Assembly: GCA_002269645.1 (NCBI GenBank)
Contig: NIVC01000440.1
Location: 124,001-188,000 of the forward strand
Direction of reading: 5' to 3'
DNA: 64,000 nt
Origin: Macrostomum lignano
Lineage: Eukaryota
Both the position numbers and the translations under genes were made by a program. Numbering within the stretch: the first letter of the stretch is position 1; each line of letters begins with the position of its first letter. This document shows positions 20,101-32,300 of this stretch, one piece after another. Under the pieces are notes generated by a model. That model did not search any database, was not told the origin of the DNA, and worked only from the letters and a program-made list of their open reading frames with translations.

Positions 20101-23100
20101 TGATTGTTAATTCACTCTTGCAATCAATGGATAAAATATTACTTATTTTTTACTAATTTGTAATGTGCAATCTATGAAGTTTTAAAATCATAAAGTAGAA
20201 CTAAAAATGTTACAGGTCTGTAACTAAAAAGGTTCAAAGTTTTTCAATTGATTTGAGCAATTTTGGTATATTGTATCTGAAAATAATATGGGCTTTGCTT
20301 TATTGGGTCAAGTTTTTATACAAGTTAGAACTTTTTGGTATAATTATTCTTTTACATTCACTGGTCAGCTTGACCGACTAGTCGGAAGCTACTATTAGAT
20401 TCTTTACCAATTTATGATAGTTCTCAGCTGTTATGTTGCTTAAGATTTTATTGAAAACTTTGGTAAAAGTATCCCATGTAGCTCTTTTTAGATAGATTAG
20501 TCATCAGTGTCTCTCATTAGTTGCTAGACTTGGGAGCCATTAAATATACTAGCCTTTAGTTTCTTCTCAGTGAGTACAACATTATTGAAGCATTATCCTT
20601 GCTTATTAAGTACATTTGTAAACTGCTTGATAAGGCCCAGTTTTATATGTAGTTGTGGGAACAATATCTTGTTGCAATTGACTAATGGCTCATGGATGAC
20701 ATGTGCAAGGCTTTAGACACTCTTTGGCTGCACTTTTAAAATTTTTTGTCTATTTATTGCTCAACTGCACAAAAAGCAAGGATACTTGCTTTAGTTTGAC
20801 TATAAGCCCAGTAAAAATGAACCATCTTTAAATCTATGCATATGATCCATTCATGATCACAGTATGGCTATTTTTAGCAGAACACACTTGATGTCATTAT
20901 TGTTTCTTCAGTGTTATCCAATCGTCCAGAGGTATTGATGGATAATATTGCTATTATATAGGTATAGCAGTATAAATTTCAGAGTCCTTGCTACAGTCAA
21001 TATAAAGCTGCCAGTCCAATGCTTCTATACCAATCTTTTTAAAGCCCAGGCATATCTATACAAAGCACAAGGTTTTTCTATTGCACAAAAAATTCTAAAA
21101 TTTATCCTGTCTAATTCAAAATGCTATTATCCAAGCAGGCCCTTTACCAAAACGGTGCTTTGACTTCAGCCTAGAAAGCAACAGTGCACTAGCTTATTAG
21201 GATAAATAAAAGTCATGGACCAAGTTGTTCAATTTACCTTGAAAGAAGAGCTGACGTGGGGTACTCTTGTCTGCAGGCAAATAGATGTTATTATCACTAG
21301 CTGCATCATCAACTGAGTTGCTGATTTACTGCAGCCTAGCATAAACTGGCACCAGAATTTCTTCATAGTGAGGGACTGGTCAACACACAATTTCGAGATC
21401 AAGATACATGAGTATATGGTGATTGCAAATTGTTTCAGTTAATGCCAAGTCAACACTAGGCCACAGACTACATAGAAGTGGCAGCAGTTGCAGTAGTGGT
21501 CTAGTGGATCATAAATGGATATTCATACTTTATATGACCCTTAGAAGCAGTGGTGTGATTCAGGCGCGAAAATGGCGCGAATGCGCGAATCCTGGAGGTC
21601 TGGCGCGAAATTTTGTGGAACCATGGGCGCGAAAATTGCATTCTTATTTTCTGCTTTTTACACTTATTCTCTTGTCAGACAGTATGAAATACAAGAATGT
21701 CATAGCTTAGGAGATTAATCCCGAGAATTTCGAGATTCGTGGAGAATTTCGTGGTCGCAAAGAAGCAAAGTGACACTGAAGATGTGGCTGCTACGTCTGC
21801 AAGGGCGGCAGAGATCAGATGTGTTGTCAGGATTGCACTAAGAATCGCAGCTTCGAGTCAGAAGAGGACCTTGCCGAGGATCTGATGGCCATTTGCCCAG
21901 ATTCAAAGATTCCACCCAACATCGCCAACAAGAAGTTCAGGCGGGACACGGCTGGGACTTGAGAGACATGTTAATTGGTAGCCAGACGCATCTTCAAAAG
22001 TGTCATCAATTGACTTATTTGGCTGTCAGTAGAATATCATTGGCATGGCGCGAAAATTTTCAGTCGGCGCAAAATTTGGCAAACTTTCCAATCACACCAC
22101 TGCTTAGAAGGAGCAAACAAACTCTTGGAGCCATTTGTTTATTAGTTGTTAGTTGTTTATTTGTTAGTAGACAAAAAGGCAATTGATAAAATCATGTCAC
22201 ATTTTTTATTCATTTATTATTAAAATATAGTTGGTTATCTAGCCTAATGAAAAAAGAATTTGGCTTATATAATTGTGAATATAATCTTTCTATTTAATCC
22301 CAACTCTAATTTGCCAACATTATATTAGGAAAAATAACTGCTTATTTTAGCCCACAGACATCATGTTATATCAATTTTTTATTATCCTCTCTTATTTAAA
22401 CATTGGAACCATAATGCCATTTGGCATCTTGGGTCCAAATTCAAATGCCAAATAAAAACAGGTTGCTACCATCAGAGCATTACTTAAAGAGTGAAATTCT
22501 AGCATCTTTTCCATACCCTTTTACCTTGCTAGAATAAACTTGTCAGTATAAGCTAATGTAAATTATTATTATATAAAATGCTTCATCTTTGTACTCAATC
22601 ATGTTAGCTGGCGACTGGCTGCAAGGCCCCTACGTGTACGCCCTCTATGAGCACTACAAGCTGTCCAAGCGGGACATTGAGTTCCTATTCGTTGCCGGAT
22701 TCGGAGCCAGCATGCTGTTTGGCACTGTTGTCGGCTCTTTTTCCGATAAATTTGGTCGCCAACGTAACTGCATTCTGTATGGCATTATCTACAGCTTGTC
22801 CTGTCTGACTAAGCACTCCAGCAATTTCTGGGTACTGTTGCTAGGCAGGTTGCTAGGCGGCACAGCTACTAGTATACTGTGGAGTGGCTTTGAAACCTGG
22901 CTGATACACGAGCATCATAGTAGAGGCTACAGCGATAGGCTACTAGAAGAGATTTTTAGTTGGGCCACTATCGGCAATAGCATCGTAGCCATTGTGTGCG
23001 GCGTTGCTGCCCAATACGCTGTAGACCTATTCGGCTTTGTTGCTCCATTCGATATGGCTCTGATCATTCTAGTCATTATGACCGTCATTGTTTGGCTCAA

Positions 23101-23709
23101 ATGGCCGGAAAACTACGGCGATGCCAGTGCAGATTTGAAGAAGAACTTCTCTGACGCTTTGACAACTGTGCGCACTGATAGGAGAGTCTTGTGTCTGGGC
23201 GTTGTACAGTCCCTGTTCGAGGGCAGCATGTACTGCTTTGTACTGGAATGGACTCCGGCATTGACTCCGTCTGCTGCCTGTGAGATATTCTTACTTTTTT
23301 TGAAGGGGGCGGATTTAGTCATTTCTATTAAACATCTGTCTCGTAATATAAATATAACTTCCTCACCATTGCTCTTCTTCATCTTATCATCCGTTTTTTC
23401 ACAATTTGCTTTCCATCATGCGCTCAAACTCAATCAGAGTCTGATCCTTTTAATATCTTAAGTCCCTCAATTAACTTTTCCATGCCCTGTTCTTTCCCAT
23501 TTCTTATTCGTCTCCCTCTCCTGACCTTCCTCTCCCTCTCCCTCTCCCCTGTCCCTTCTCTCTCCATCTCCCTTTCCCTCTCTCCCACTCTCTCACTCTC
23601 CCTCTCTTTCCCTTTCTTCTTCATCTCTCCCTCTCTCTCACTCTACCTCTCCCTCTCTTTCTCTCTTCCTCATCTCTCCCTCTCTCTCACTGTCTTTCTC
23701 TTTCTCTTC

Positions 23710-23777
<68 letters not shown>

Positions 23778-25500
23778 CCTCTCTTTTCCTTTCTCTCTTC
23801 CTCCTCTCTCCTTCTCTATTTTTCTCTCCCTCTCCTTCCCTCCTTTCTTTCTCTCTCTCTCTTCCTCTTACCCTGTCCGTCTCTTCTGCCCCCTTTGCCA
23901 ATGCACAGTTCTCATACTGTGACTATCCCGCCCTACCCAGCCACCATGAGCAGCGGTCACGCGGGGAAAATCCCGCACGGCTACATCTTCGCGGCCTACA
24001 TGGTTAGCCTGATGATTGGCGGCCAGCTGTTCTCGTTCTGCTGCAACCGGTCCAAGCCGGAGTCCTTCATGCGCTGGGTGTTTGGCCTGAGCTCAGTCTG
24101 TCTGGTTCAGCCAGCCCTGATGCGCAGTGATTCGCTGATCCCAATCACCTTTGTTGGCTTCCTTGTGTTCGAGTGCTGCGTTGGACTGTTCTGGCCGGCT
24201 ATTGGCACTATGAGGAGCAAATATGTGCCGGATTCCAGTGAGTTTGGGCTTTGGATAAAGACTTGATTGATTAAAACACATAAATTGTCTAAACTATGTT
24301 GAGATTTCTGGTCAGACAAAGACCTGAAATGTCTGTTGAGTTATCTGAGATCATCTGAATGGATAAAGACTTGGAATGTAAGTTTTGACTATCAGAGATC
24401 ATCTAATGGACAAAGACCTGGAATATCTGTTTTGGTTATCAGAGATCATCTGAATGGACAAAGACCTGGAATGTCTGTTGTGTTATCTGAGATTATCTGA
24501 ATGGACAAAGACCTTGAATGCCTGTTGAGCTGATAATGAGGCAATCGCACCGCACAACCCGCAGTTCGCGCCACCATCATGAACCTGTTCCGTATTCCGC
24601 TCAACCTGGTTGTGGTGATTATTCTAACTCAGAATTTTCCAATCGTGTTCATCTTCAAGTGCTGCGTATTTTTCCTAATCATCTGCTGCGGCATTCAGTT
24701 CTACTTGGAACGGTGAGCTGAGTTCGCGTTTAGTACTGATGCCAATGAGTTCAGTGGGCTATAATCTCTGTTTACATGAGTTCTGCTCAGTAGCTTTGCG
24801 CGTCTAAGCCTTAAGCCTAACAAAATCCATTAGGACAAAAAATATGTTTTTTTTTCTCGTGGGCAAACACAGTCTGCACTATTGAAATGGGTAACAACTG
24901 TGCAAAATGCATTTCCTGCTTTTAGAAAAATTGGCATTTCTTTAATATCATTTAGAATTGACTTAATCTGTCTATTTTATGGCTAGGAAACTTAATAAAC
25001 TTTTCTAATCTCTCTGAATCTCAATCGGTAGTTTCAGAATCTCAATCGGTAGTTTCTGAATCACGATCGGTAGTTTCTGAATCTCAATCGGTAGTTTCTG
25101 AATCATGATCGGTAGTTTCTGAATCACAATCGGCAGTTTCTGAATCTCAATCGGCAGCTTCTGAATCAAAATCGGTAGTTTCTGAATCACGATCGGTAGT
25201 TTCTGAATCACAATCGGCAGTTTCTGAATCACGATCGGTAGTTTCTGAATCACAATCGGCAGTTTCTGAATCACGATCGGTAGTTTCTGAATCACAATCG
25301 GCAGTTTCTGAATCACGATCGGTAGTTTCTGAATCACAATGGGCAGTTTCTGAAATCTTAGCCAGTCTTGAATGCATTTTAAATAATTTTGTTGTTTTTC
25401 CAGCCTTACTCGCGATGAAGCCCCGGTGGAGTCTGCAGACGGTCAGACGGCAGAAAAGTCTACAGAAGATGACCGAAAAGAGTTTCAAGGCATCGCCTGA
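17117..25500 (+). CDS. MFSD5: MFS molybdate-anion transporter (MFSD5 family), 456 aa; exons 17117-17273, 22608-23279, 23941-24237, 24565-24712, 25404-25500
   Basis: YL..YLL.MAGDWLQGPYVYALY, FE.W...EH, FEGSMY.FV..WTP, IPHG.IF..M, G.FWP..G..RS, RATIMN.FR.PLN; all introns GT-AG and phase-compatible; total 1371 nt. Confidence 0.93.
20375..21250 (-). pseudogene. Decayed DNA-transposon transposase (resembles CMC/Chapaev-3 type) in MFSD5 intron 1
   Basis: Interrupted minus-strand motifs: LNNLVHD..LS, LLLSRLK, DWQLYIDCSK, HEWIICIDLK..FLLG, KYPCFLC, EPLV..KI.FP.LHIKLGLIKQF, EKKLKA.IFNG.Q; many stops and frameshifts. Confidence 0.7.
21548..22102. mobile_element. hAT-type MITE (555 bp)
   Basis: Perfect 13-bp TIR CAGTGGTGTGATT/AATCACACCACTG and perfect 8-bp TSD CTTAGAAG (21540-21547, 22103-22110); subterminal GGCGCGAA motifs. 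Confidence 0.92.
23480..23880. repeat. Polypyrimidine/(CT)n tract in MFSD5 intron 2
   Basis: Direct inspection. Confidence 0.9.
24290..24535. repeat. ~47-bp degenerate tandem repeat x5 in MFSD5 intron 3
   Basis: Recurring ATCTGAATGGACAAAGACCTGGAATG at 47-48 bp spacing. Confidence 0.85.
25008..25345. repeat. 21-bp tandem repeat (~16 copies) in MFSD5 intron 4
   Basis: Unit TCTGAATCACGATCGGTAGTT. Confidence 0.95.
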
Positions 25501-26371
25501 ACCTGAACTAAATAGTTTTTTAAGAACGATTTTCATAGGCTTATGGTATAGGATAAGCAGGTCACGTGCCACAGTGCGTGTTTCTTACCTTGTCTTATTT
25601 TATGTGGGCTAGCTATCCTATATGATTTCTAAGATTTTCTTTGTTTTCTAAACATTCTTTTGCTTGAGTTTTTATTGTTAATAAATAAACGTTTGCTTCT
25701 AACTGAAGAATGAGACTTTATTAAGACAGACAGATGGAATGATTGTCTGATAGTTGTAAACTAAATAACCAATATTTAATATTATATGGTATCATCAGTG
25801 CCTGGTATATATTCTACTATAAATATCACAGTGTGATAATTGTGACATTCCATTACGTCTGTTAGTTTTTGTTAAAATAACGTTTTTAATAACCTGCCTA
25901 TCAATATTACGGTAACTTATTATATTTTTTGTTTAAAAAATCATCACGTCCTTAGTTAGCTACTCATGAGTATGCGGAAAGTAGTATAACATGTGAATTG
26001 GCTGAACGGGTAATAGAGAAATTTTTAAATTAGCGCTAATGTAATCGGAATTGGCATACCCTATGCACACCCTATACACGCTGTCATTTTTTCTGTTTAG
26101 CTAGATTTTGTAGTTTCACGTTATTAATAGTATGTTAAAATTCACGTGTGTTGTTTATTGCCGCGTGTGCGCTCTTTATTTGTATATTGTTTCATTTTCT
26201 AACGAACTATCAAAACGTTGGAGTTTTTACGTTTTTTTCTTTAAGTGAGTTTTTGCTGCTCTTAGTAATGCCTTAATAAAATCGTTCTGAAAAATTGACT
26301 TTTGAGATAATTTAACCTTTTAATTTTAAGTCCGGAATCACCTTTCAGCTAGTACTCAGAAGTATAGCCCA

Positions 26372-27893
26372 CCCCATAGAATCGCCCCTGATACCCAACA
26401 GTCTGCCCAATAGAATCGCCCCTGATACCCAACAGTCTGCCCAATAGAATCGCCCCTGATACCCAACAGTCTGCCCAATAGAATCGCCCCTGATACCCAA
26501 CAGTCTCCAATAGAATCGCCCCTGATACCCAACAGCCTGCCTCATAGAATCGCCCCTGATACCCAACAGCCTGCCCCATAGATTCGCCCCTGATACCCAA
26601 CAGCCTGCCCCATAGAATCGCTCCTGATACCCAACAGTCTGCCCTATAAAATCTCCCCTGATACCCAACAGCCTGTCCCATAGAATCGCCTCTGATACCC
26701 AACAGTCTGCCCCATAGATTCGCTCCTGATACCCAACAGCCTGCCCCATAGATTCGCCCCTGATACCCAACAGCCTGCCCAATAGAATCGCCCCTGATAC
26801 CCAACAGCCTGCCCCATAGAATCGCTCCTGATACCCAACAGCCTGCCCCATAGAATCGCCCCTGATACCCAACAGTCTGCCCAATAGAATCGCCCCTGAT
26901 ACCCAACAGTCTGCCCCATAGAATCGCCCCTGATACCCAACAGCCTGCCCCATAGATTCGCCCCTGATACCCAACAGTCTGCCCAATAGAATCGCCCCTG
27001 ATACCCAACAGTCTGCCCAATAGAATCGCCCCTGATACCCAACAGCCTACCCCATAGAATCGCCCCTGATACCCAACAGCCTGCCCCATAGATTCGCCCC
27101 TGATACCCAACAGTCTGCCCAATAGAATCGCCCCTGATACCCAACAGTCTGCCCAATAGAATCGCCCCTGATACCCAACAGTCTGCCCAATAGTATCGCC
27201 CCTGATACCCAACAGCCTACCCCATAGAATCGCCCCTGATACCCAACAGCCTGCCCCATAGATTCGCCCCTGATACCCAACAGCCTGCCCCATAGAATCG
27301 CCCCTGATACCCAACAGTCTGCCCAATAGAATCGCCCCTGATACCAACCAACAGCCTGCCCCATGGAATCGCCCCTGATACCCAACAGCCTGCCCCATAG
27401 ATTCGCCCCTGATACCCAACAGTCTGCCCCATAGAATCGCCCCTGATACCAACCAACAGCCTGCCCCATAGAATCGCCCCTGATACCCAACAGTCTGCCC
27501 CATAGAATCGCCCCTGATACCAACCAACAGTCTGCCCCATAGAATCGCCCCTGATACCAACCAACAGCCTGCCCCATAGAATCGCCCCTGATACCCAACA
27601 GTCTGCCCCATAGAATCGCCCCTGATACCAACCAACAGCCTGCCCCATAGAATCGCCCCTGATACCCAACAGTCTGCCCCATAGAATCGCCCCTGATACC
27701 AACCAACAGCCTGCCCCATAGAATCGCCCCTGATACCCAACAGTCTGCCCCATAGAATCGCCCCTGATACCAACCAACAGCCTGCCCCATAGAATCGCCC
27801 CTGATACCCAACAGCCTGCCCCATAGAATCGCCCCTGATACCCAACAGCCTGCCCCATAGAATCTCCCCTGATACCCAACAGCCTGCCCCAAA
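26372..27893. repeat. 34-bp tandem array (~45 copies) with 37-bp variant units
   Basis: Unit GATACCCAACAGYCTGCCCCATAGAATCGCCCCT; variant GATACCAACCAACAG in the distal third. Confidence 0.95.
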
Positions 27894-28009
27894 TCGATAA
27901 ATCGATAGCAACATCAGTTGAAGCTTTGCCAACCCTCATTGCAGCGCAGTTGCAGACCGCTCACCACGCTACATATGTACTAAAAGCCACTTACCTATCT
28001 AAATACGCA

Positions 28010-29458
28010 ATGCACGTGTCTACAGAGAAAGGCTCTCGCAGACGAATTTTTAACACTGATGAAGATTCACCAGATGCTGCACTGCAATCCTTGCCGGCCA
28101 GCGCAGTTACAATGTGTGTAAAAGAAAACTGCTACTATTATCCGCTTGGTTGCACTCTTAATTGCGTCGAGAATAATCGCTACGAGTTCAAGGGACATTG
28201 CTCGCTTACCTGGGCGAAAATCACCGGCGATGCTTCTGTTGTAAAAACGCCTCACAATGACGACCTGCCAAACACAGTTTTAAATCCCAAGTACACAGGT
28301 AAAAAGCCAATCAGTCGCAGTCTGTGCGCAATGGCAAATTCGCCAGATGGCGGGGTTGTTCTCTGCGGCGTCACCGACAGCGGTCGGGTTGGCGGGTTGC
28401 CTTTCTCCGAACCCGAGAAGGAGCACGTGATGCTGGCGCTTAATAAATTGTTTAGCGATTTCCGACCGCCAGTTGGTCCGGAACGGTATCGGGTGCACTT
28501 TGTGCCCGTTCTGGCCCCGGGCGAGGTCGACGAGTACATTAGTTGTCACGCTCCTCCAGACTTAGAATCTTCAGCGAGTCGTGTTGTTGAAGTTTCTAAA
28601 TCTGACCAAGTTGACCAGTCTAGCTTTTTTGGCTCTTTGTCAAACAATAATGGCGCTAACGATGGTTTAAGCAGCTCATCGCCAGTTAAAACTTGGATGG
28701 ATTCCCCATTTTCAAGCGAGCATCCGGACAGTTTACTGTCAAAGCCTTTGCTAACTCTTGCAAAGAATGCCTCATCAGATTCAATGCTTAATTACAAATC
28801 TGGCAGTCAAAGCGATTTGATGAATCAGCCTCTGATGTCTGATATTGATTCTGAGTTAAAGACTCCGTTGCCAACCAAAGAGAACAAAGACTCCGAGTTG
28901 CCACCGACCAAAGAAGCAGACAAAAATTCCGAGGAGTCGTCTTTGTCGGAAACTCAGTCGGGTAGTAACGAGTCCAGGCCGCACCGGTTGCACGACTTCA
29001 TGCGCTGCTGGTGCTTCTTGCTTCGGGTGGACAGATATACCGACGGCGTGTCCACTAGAAGATACGTATTGCGAATTGAGATGCTGCCCCAGATATTTAC
29101 TACTATTTCTGTTGACCGTTATTTGGCTTTAAACGACAATTATTCAACCGTAGACGACAATAATGACGGCACTGATGAAGCTGATTGCAGCGATGCTGAG
29201 GATTCCATTGACTTTGAAGAAGAAGATGAGTTATTATCTATGGAGCCGTTGTCAATTAAAATACCGGTGTTTGTGTGCAACGAAGAGGGTCTTTGCCAGG
29301 TGCGCTGTCTTGGCGCCAACAGGTGCTTGTCTGCGCTGCAGGTACAGCAGCTGGCCGAGGAGCGGGCACTGTCCGCCCTGCAGGACGAGCTTGTTGAACT
29401 GCGCCGCGATGTCAGACAGTTGCGTCAGTTGCGCGATCAAGTATTCGGGGATACCTGA
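28010..29458 (+). CDS. Schlafen/AlbA_2-domain protein with long Ser-rich insertion and C-terminal coiled coil (first ATG 28010; frame open from 27926)
   Basis: ENNRYEFKG; SLCAMANSPDGGVVLCGVTDSGRVGG; later YVLRIEM and CQVRCLGANRCLS segments; heptad-like C-terminus. Confidence 0.8.
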   Translation: MHVSTEKGSRRRIFNTDEDSPDAALQSLPASAVTMCVKENCYYYPLGCTLNCVENNRYEFKGHCSLTWAKITGDASVVKTPHNDDLPNTVLNPKYTGKKPISRSLCAMANSPDGGVVLCGVTDSGRVGGLPFSEPEKEHVMLALNKLFSDFRPPVGPERYRVHFVPVLAPGEVDEYISCHAPPDLESSASRVVEVSKSDQVDQSSFFGSLSNNNGANDGLSSSSPVKTWMDSPFSSEHPDSLLSKPLLTLAKNASSDSMLNYKSGSQSDLMNQPLMSDIDSELKTPLPTKENKDSELPPTKEADKNSEESSLSETQSGSNESRPHRLHDFMRCWCFLLRVDRYTDGVSTRRYVLRIEMLPQIFTTISVDRYLALNDNYSTVDDNNDGTDEADCSDAEDSIDFEEEDELLSMEPLSIKIPVFVCNEEGLCQVRCLGANRCLSALQVQQLAEERALSALQDELVELRRDVRQLRQLRDQVFGDT

Positions 29459-29669
29459 AAGCAATGCTTTTCCAGAGTTCGTTCTGCCTGAAAAGTGCCA
29501 ATCCTGCGTCGCATTAGACTTTCTCATTATTGGCTTGCATGAAAATATTATATAATAAATCTAGCACTTTGTGGAAATAAGAGTGCTATACTCGTACTCG
29601 TATATTTCGTTGAGGTCAGTTAGACAGTTCTCTAGAGGCAGCTGTTGGGCACCATTGTAAGGTATATTG

Positions 29670-30025
29670 GGGCAGTTCGACATGACTCTTGGAGGCAGTT
29701 AGACATGACTCTAGGAGGCAGGCAGTTAGACATGACTCTAGGAGGCAGTTAGATATGACTCTAGGAGGCAGTTAGATATGACTCTAGGAGGCAGTTAGAC
29801 ATGACTCTAGAAGGTAGTTAGACATGACTTTTGGAGGCAGTTAGACATGACTCTAGGAGGCAGGCAGTTAGACATGACTCTAGGAGGCAGTTAGACATGA
29901 CTCTAGGAGGCAGTTAGATATGACTCTAGGAGGCAGTTAGACATGACTCTAGGAGGCAGTTAGACATGACTCTAGAAGGTAGTTAGACACTACTCTGGGT
30001 GGAGGCAGTCGGACATAACTCTAGG
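29670..30025. repeat. 23-bp tandem repeat (~15 copies)
   Basis: Unit GGCAGTTAGACATGACTCTAGGA. Confidence 0.92.
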
Positions 30026-32199
30026 AGGACCTTAACATTCTTATTGATGCTACACACATTGTTTTGTTTTATTTTTGCACATCTTTGGCTTAGTTTTAGT
30101 CTGTATGTTTTACCCATTGCATGCCAACCTTTTTACAATAGCTTCATTGCTTCATATTGTTACGCTTTTATACGCTTGTTCAGTACTCACAAAAGTACAT
30201 CTACAGCCATTTTTGCATTGCATGTACATTTAACATGTACTGTTATCGCTGTGTTTTGCTTCTTAAACTTCCTAGAATTTCATACGACCGAATGAATGAT
30301 GCCCCCCCCCCTCAATCTTTGTTGTGCATTTTCAAATTTTATTATGTTTGCTTTTGGTAAACCTTTTTTATCCTTCCATATTGCCCGCGTACTAATGCTA
30401 GTGCATTGTTGCAAATATATGAATGTAAAAAAACAATATTGCCATTTTTGGCTTATATCCTGTATGATGCACTCACTGATCTTTAATTGAACAGTTGGTC
30501 AATATTATCTTGGTGAATTCTTTGGTTATCTCGTTCAGTAGTTTTGTGGTTTAGCAATGATAAGTGTTTTGAATGATCTCCGTTCCTGCCGGGATGGTGT
30601 GATTCCTACGAGCGTGACTGAATGTACAGCGGTACAATAGAACAGGCAGAATAGTACTGATTTTTGTTGTGACGATGTGATCAACAATGAATCTCTCGAT
30701 TACCATAGGCAGTAGCTATATGTCTATAGTATGTATGGTTTGCCTGTCTGTGTGTGGTGTACATTATACAGTCTTCAGTTCCTACTCTTGTGACAATATC
30801 AATATCAATAGAATACCAAGAATTCTACATTTATACAGCTATAAGTACATTACTAAATTCCTACATGTACAGTATTTTGAGAATCGGTGTTGTTAGCGCT
30901 CATTAACGCGCCGCAGGCACTATATTTTGACTCCTTGATGCAAATTATTGATTTTCACAACGGATCACAAGGTTGAGGGACATGCCAATTCTAAGTTCTT
31001 TTCTTCTGCGCAAAGTGTGCTTAAAATACGCTCGTACATATTTACCTACTAGCATGATAGCACCGTATATAGTAAACTTAAAAGACTTGTAAAATTTCTT
31101 AGAAAAAACGCGCTCTGTACCTCAGATTACAGACTCAAACAATAATGTACAATTGGAAATTGTGCTTCTCCAGAGGGAAGTCCAAATTGTTAGTAAGTAA
31201 AATGTCGCATGATGAAGTTTTTTCTTATTTCTAGGAAATCGAGTTATTAAGTGCAATAAATAGTCTGCTGTTGACATGCCTGCATTTGTCGTGTAGAAAG
31301 ACTCATCAAAGAACAAATATAGGTTTGTAAGACAGACAAACTTTAATAAGAATTACCTCTTCTAATTGTTGCAATTGCACTGCATAGCTAGACCAGTGGA
31401 CCCTAGGTGAAAAACTACCATAGCAACTGCAACGGAGCAATACAACAGCAAAACAAAGTGCCTCCTTAGATTGTTTCCTGCATTTTCCACCGCTATGGAC
31501 AACGCGCCTTTCTCCCTCCATGAAGTTATAGGCACACTCGACAGCTCCGAGCTACGTGACCTTGAATAATCGACAAATACGATTTGAGATGGTCGGTTTG
31601 CAGAAACAAAGCTTGGTTTTAGTAGAATATTGTGAGAGTGTTTCATTCAGGTCATATTCACTGCATTGTTTGTCTATTGCAGCCATGTGTCACGCCGTTC
31701 ACAAGATTGCTCTGTTGCACTGTTCCTGAGTGGAAGCTCGACAGCCGCAGGTCAGAGCTGTGGTACATGCGCACATCAATGAGCAGACACACGTATGCCG
31801 AAATCGTCAAGAGGCTGGTGAAGGAGTTGGACCCAGATGACGAATCACATTGCTCCAATTCAGAGTCTGCAAGACCTGCGCGCCACTCTCCCTGCAGTGA
31901 CGCGGCTGCAGGTGCAGCATGCCGTATATAAACGATTTTAACATGGACCATAGACTTCTTGGGAGTGGCCAAGTAGGAAGTAAACGACTTATAAGACCTG
32001 GTTCTCGAGCCTTATTAAAAAATTAAATGGTTTGAAACAAAGTTAGATTGTGTATATGGTTTTAGGAGGTAAGTGAAAACCACTTCACTTCATATTTTCT
32101 ATGAATGCATTATTAGTAGCCTTACTAGCAAGCTAGGCCCCTTTTCGGGGCGCCCTATATGTAAGGGACCAAAATTGTTTATATGCACCCTATTTGCCA

Positions 32200-32300
32200 T
32201 GACATCTCAGCAATTCCCCCAGTAAGCCTTGAAATCTCAGCAATTCCCCCAGTAAGCCTTGAAATCTCAGCAATTCCCCCAGTAAGCCTTGAAATCTCAG
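32200..32300. repeat. 30-bp tandem repeat x3
   Basis: GAAATCTCAGCAATTCCCCCAGTAAGCCTT. Confidence 0.85.

Noticed and set aside
26345-27939. Multiple long Gly-rich ORFs up to 527 aa
   Set aside because: Artefacts of the 34/37-bp array; open in several frames
31632-31972. GC-richer patch with overlapping ~100-aa ORFs on both strands
   Set aside because: No motif or consistent splice partners found
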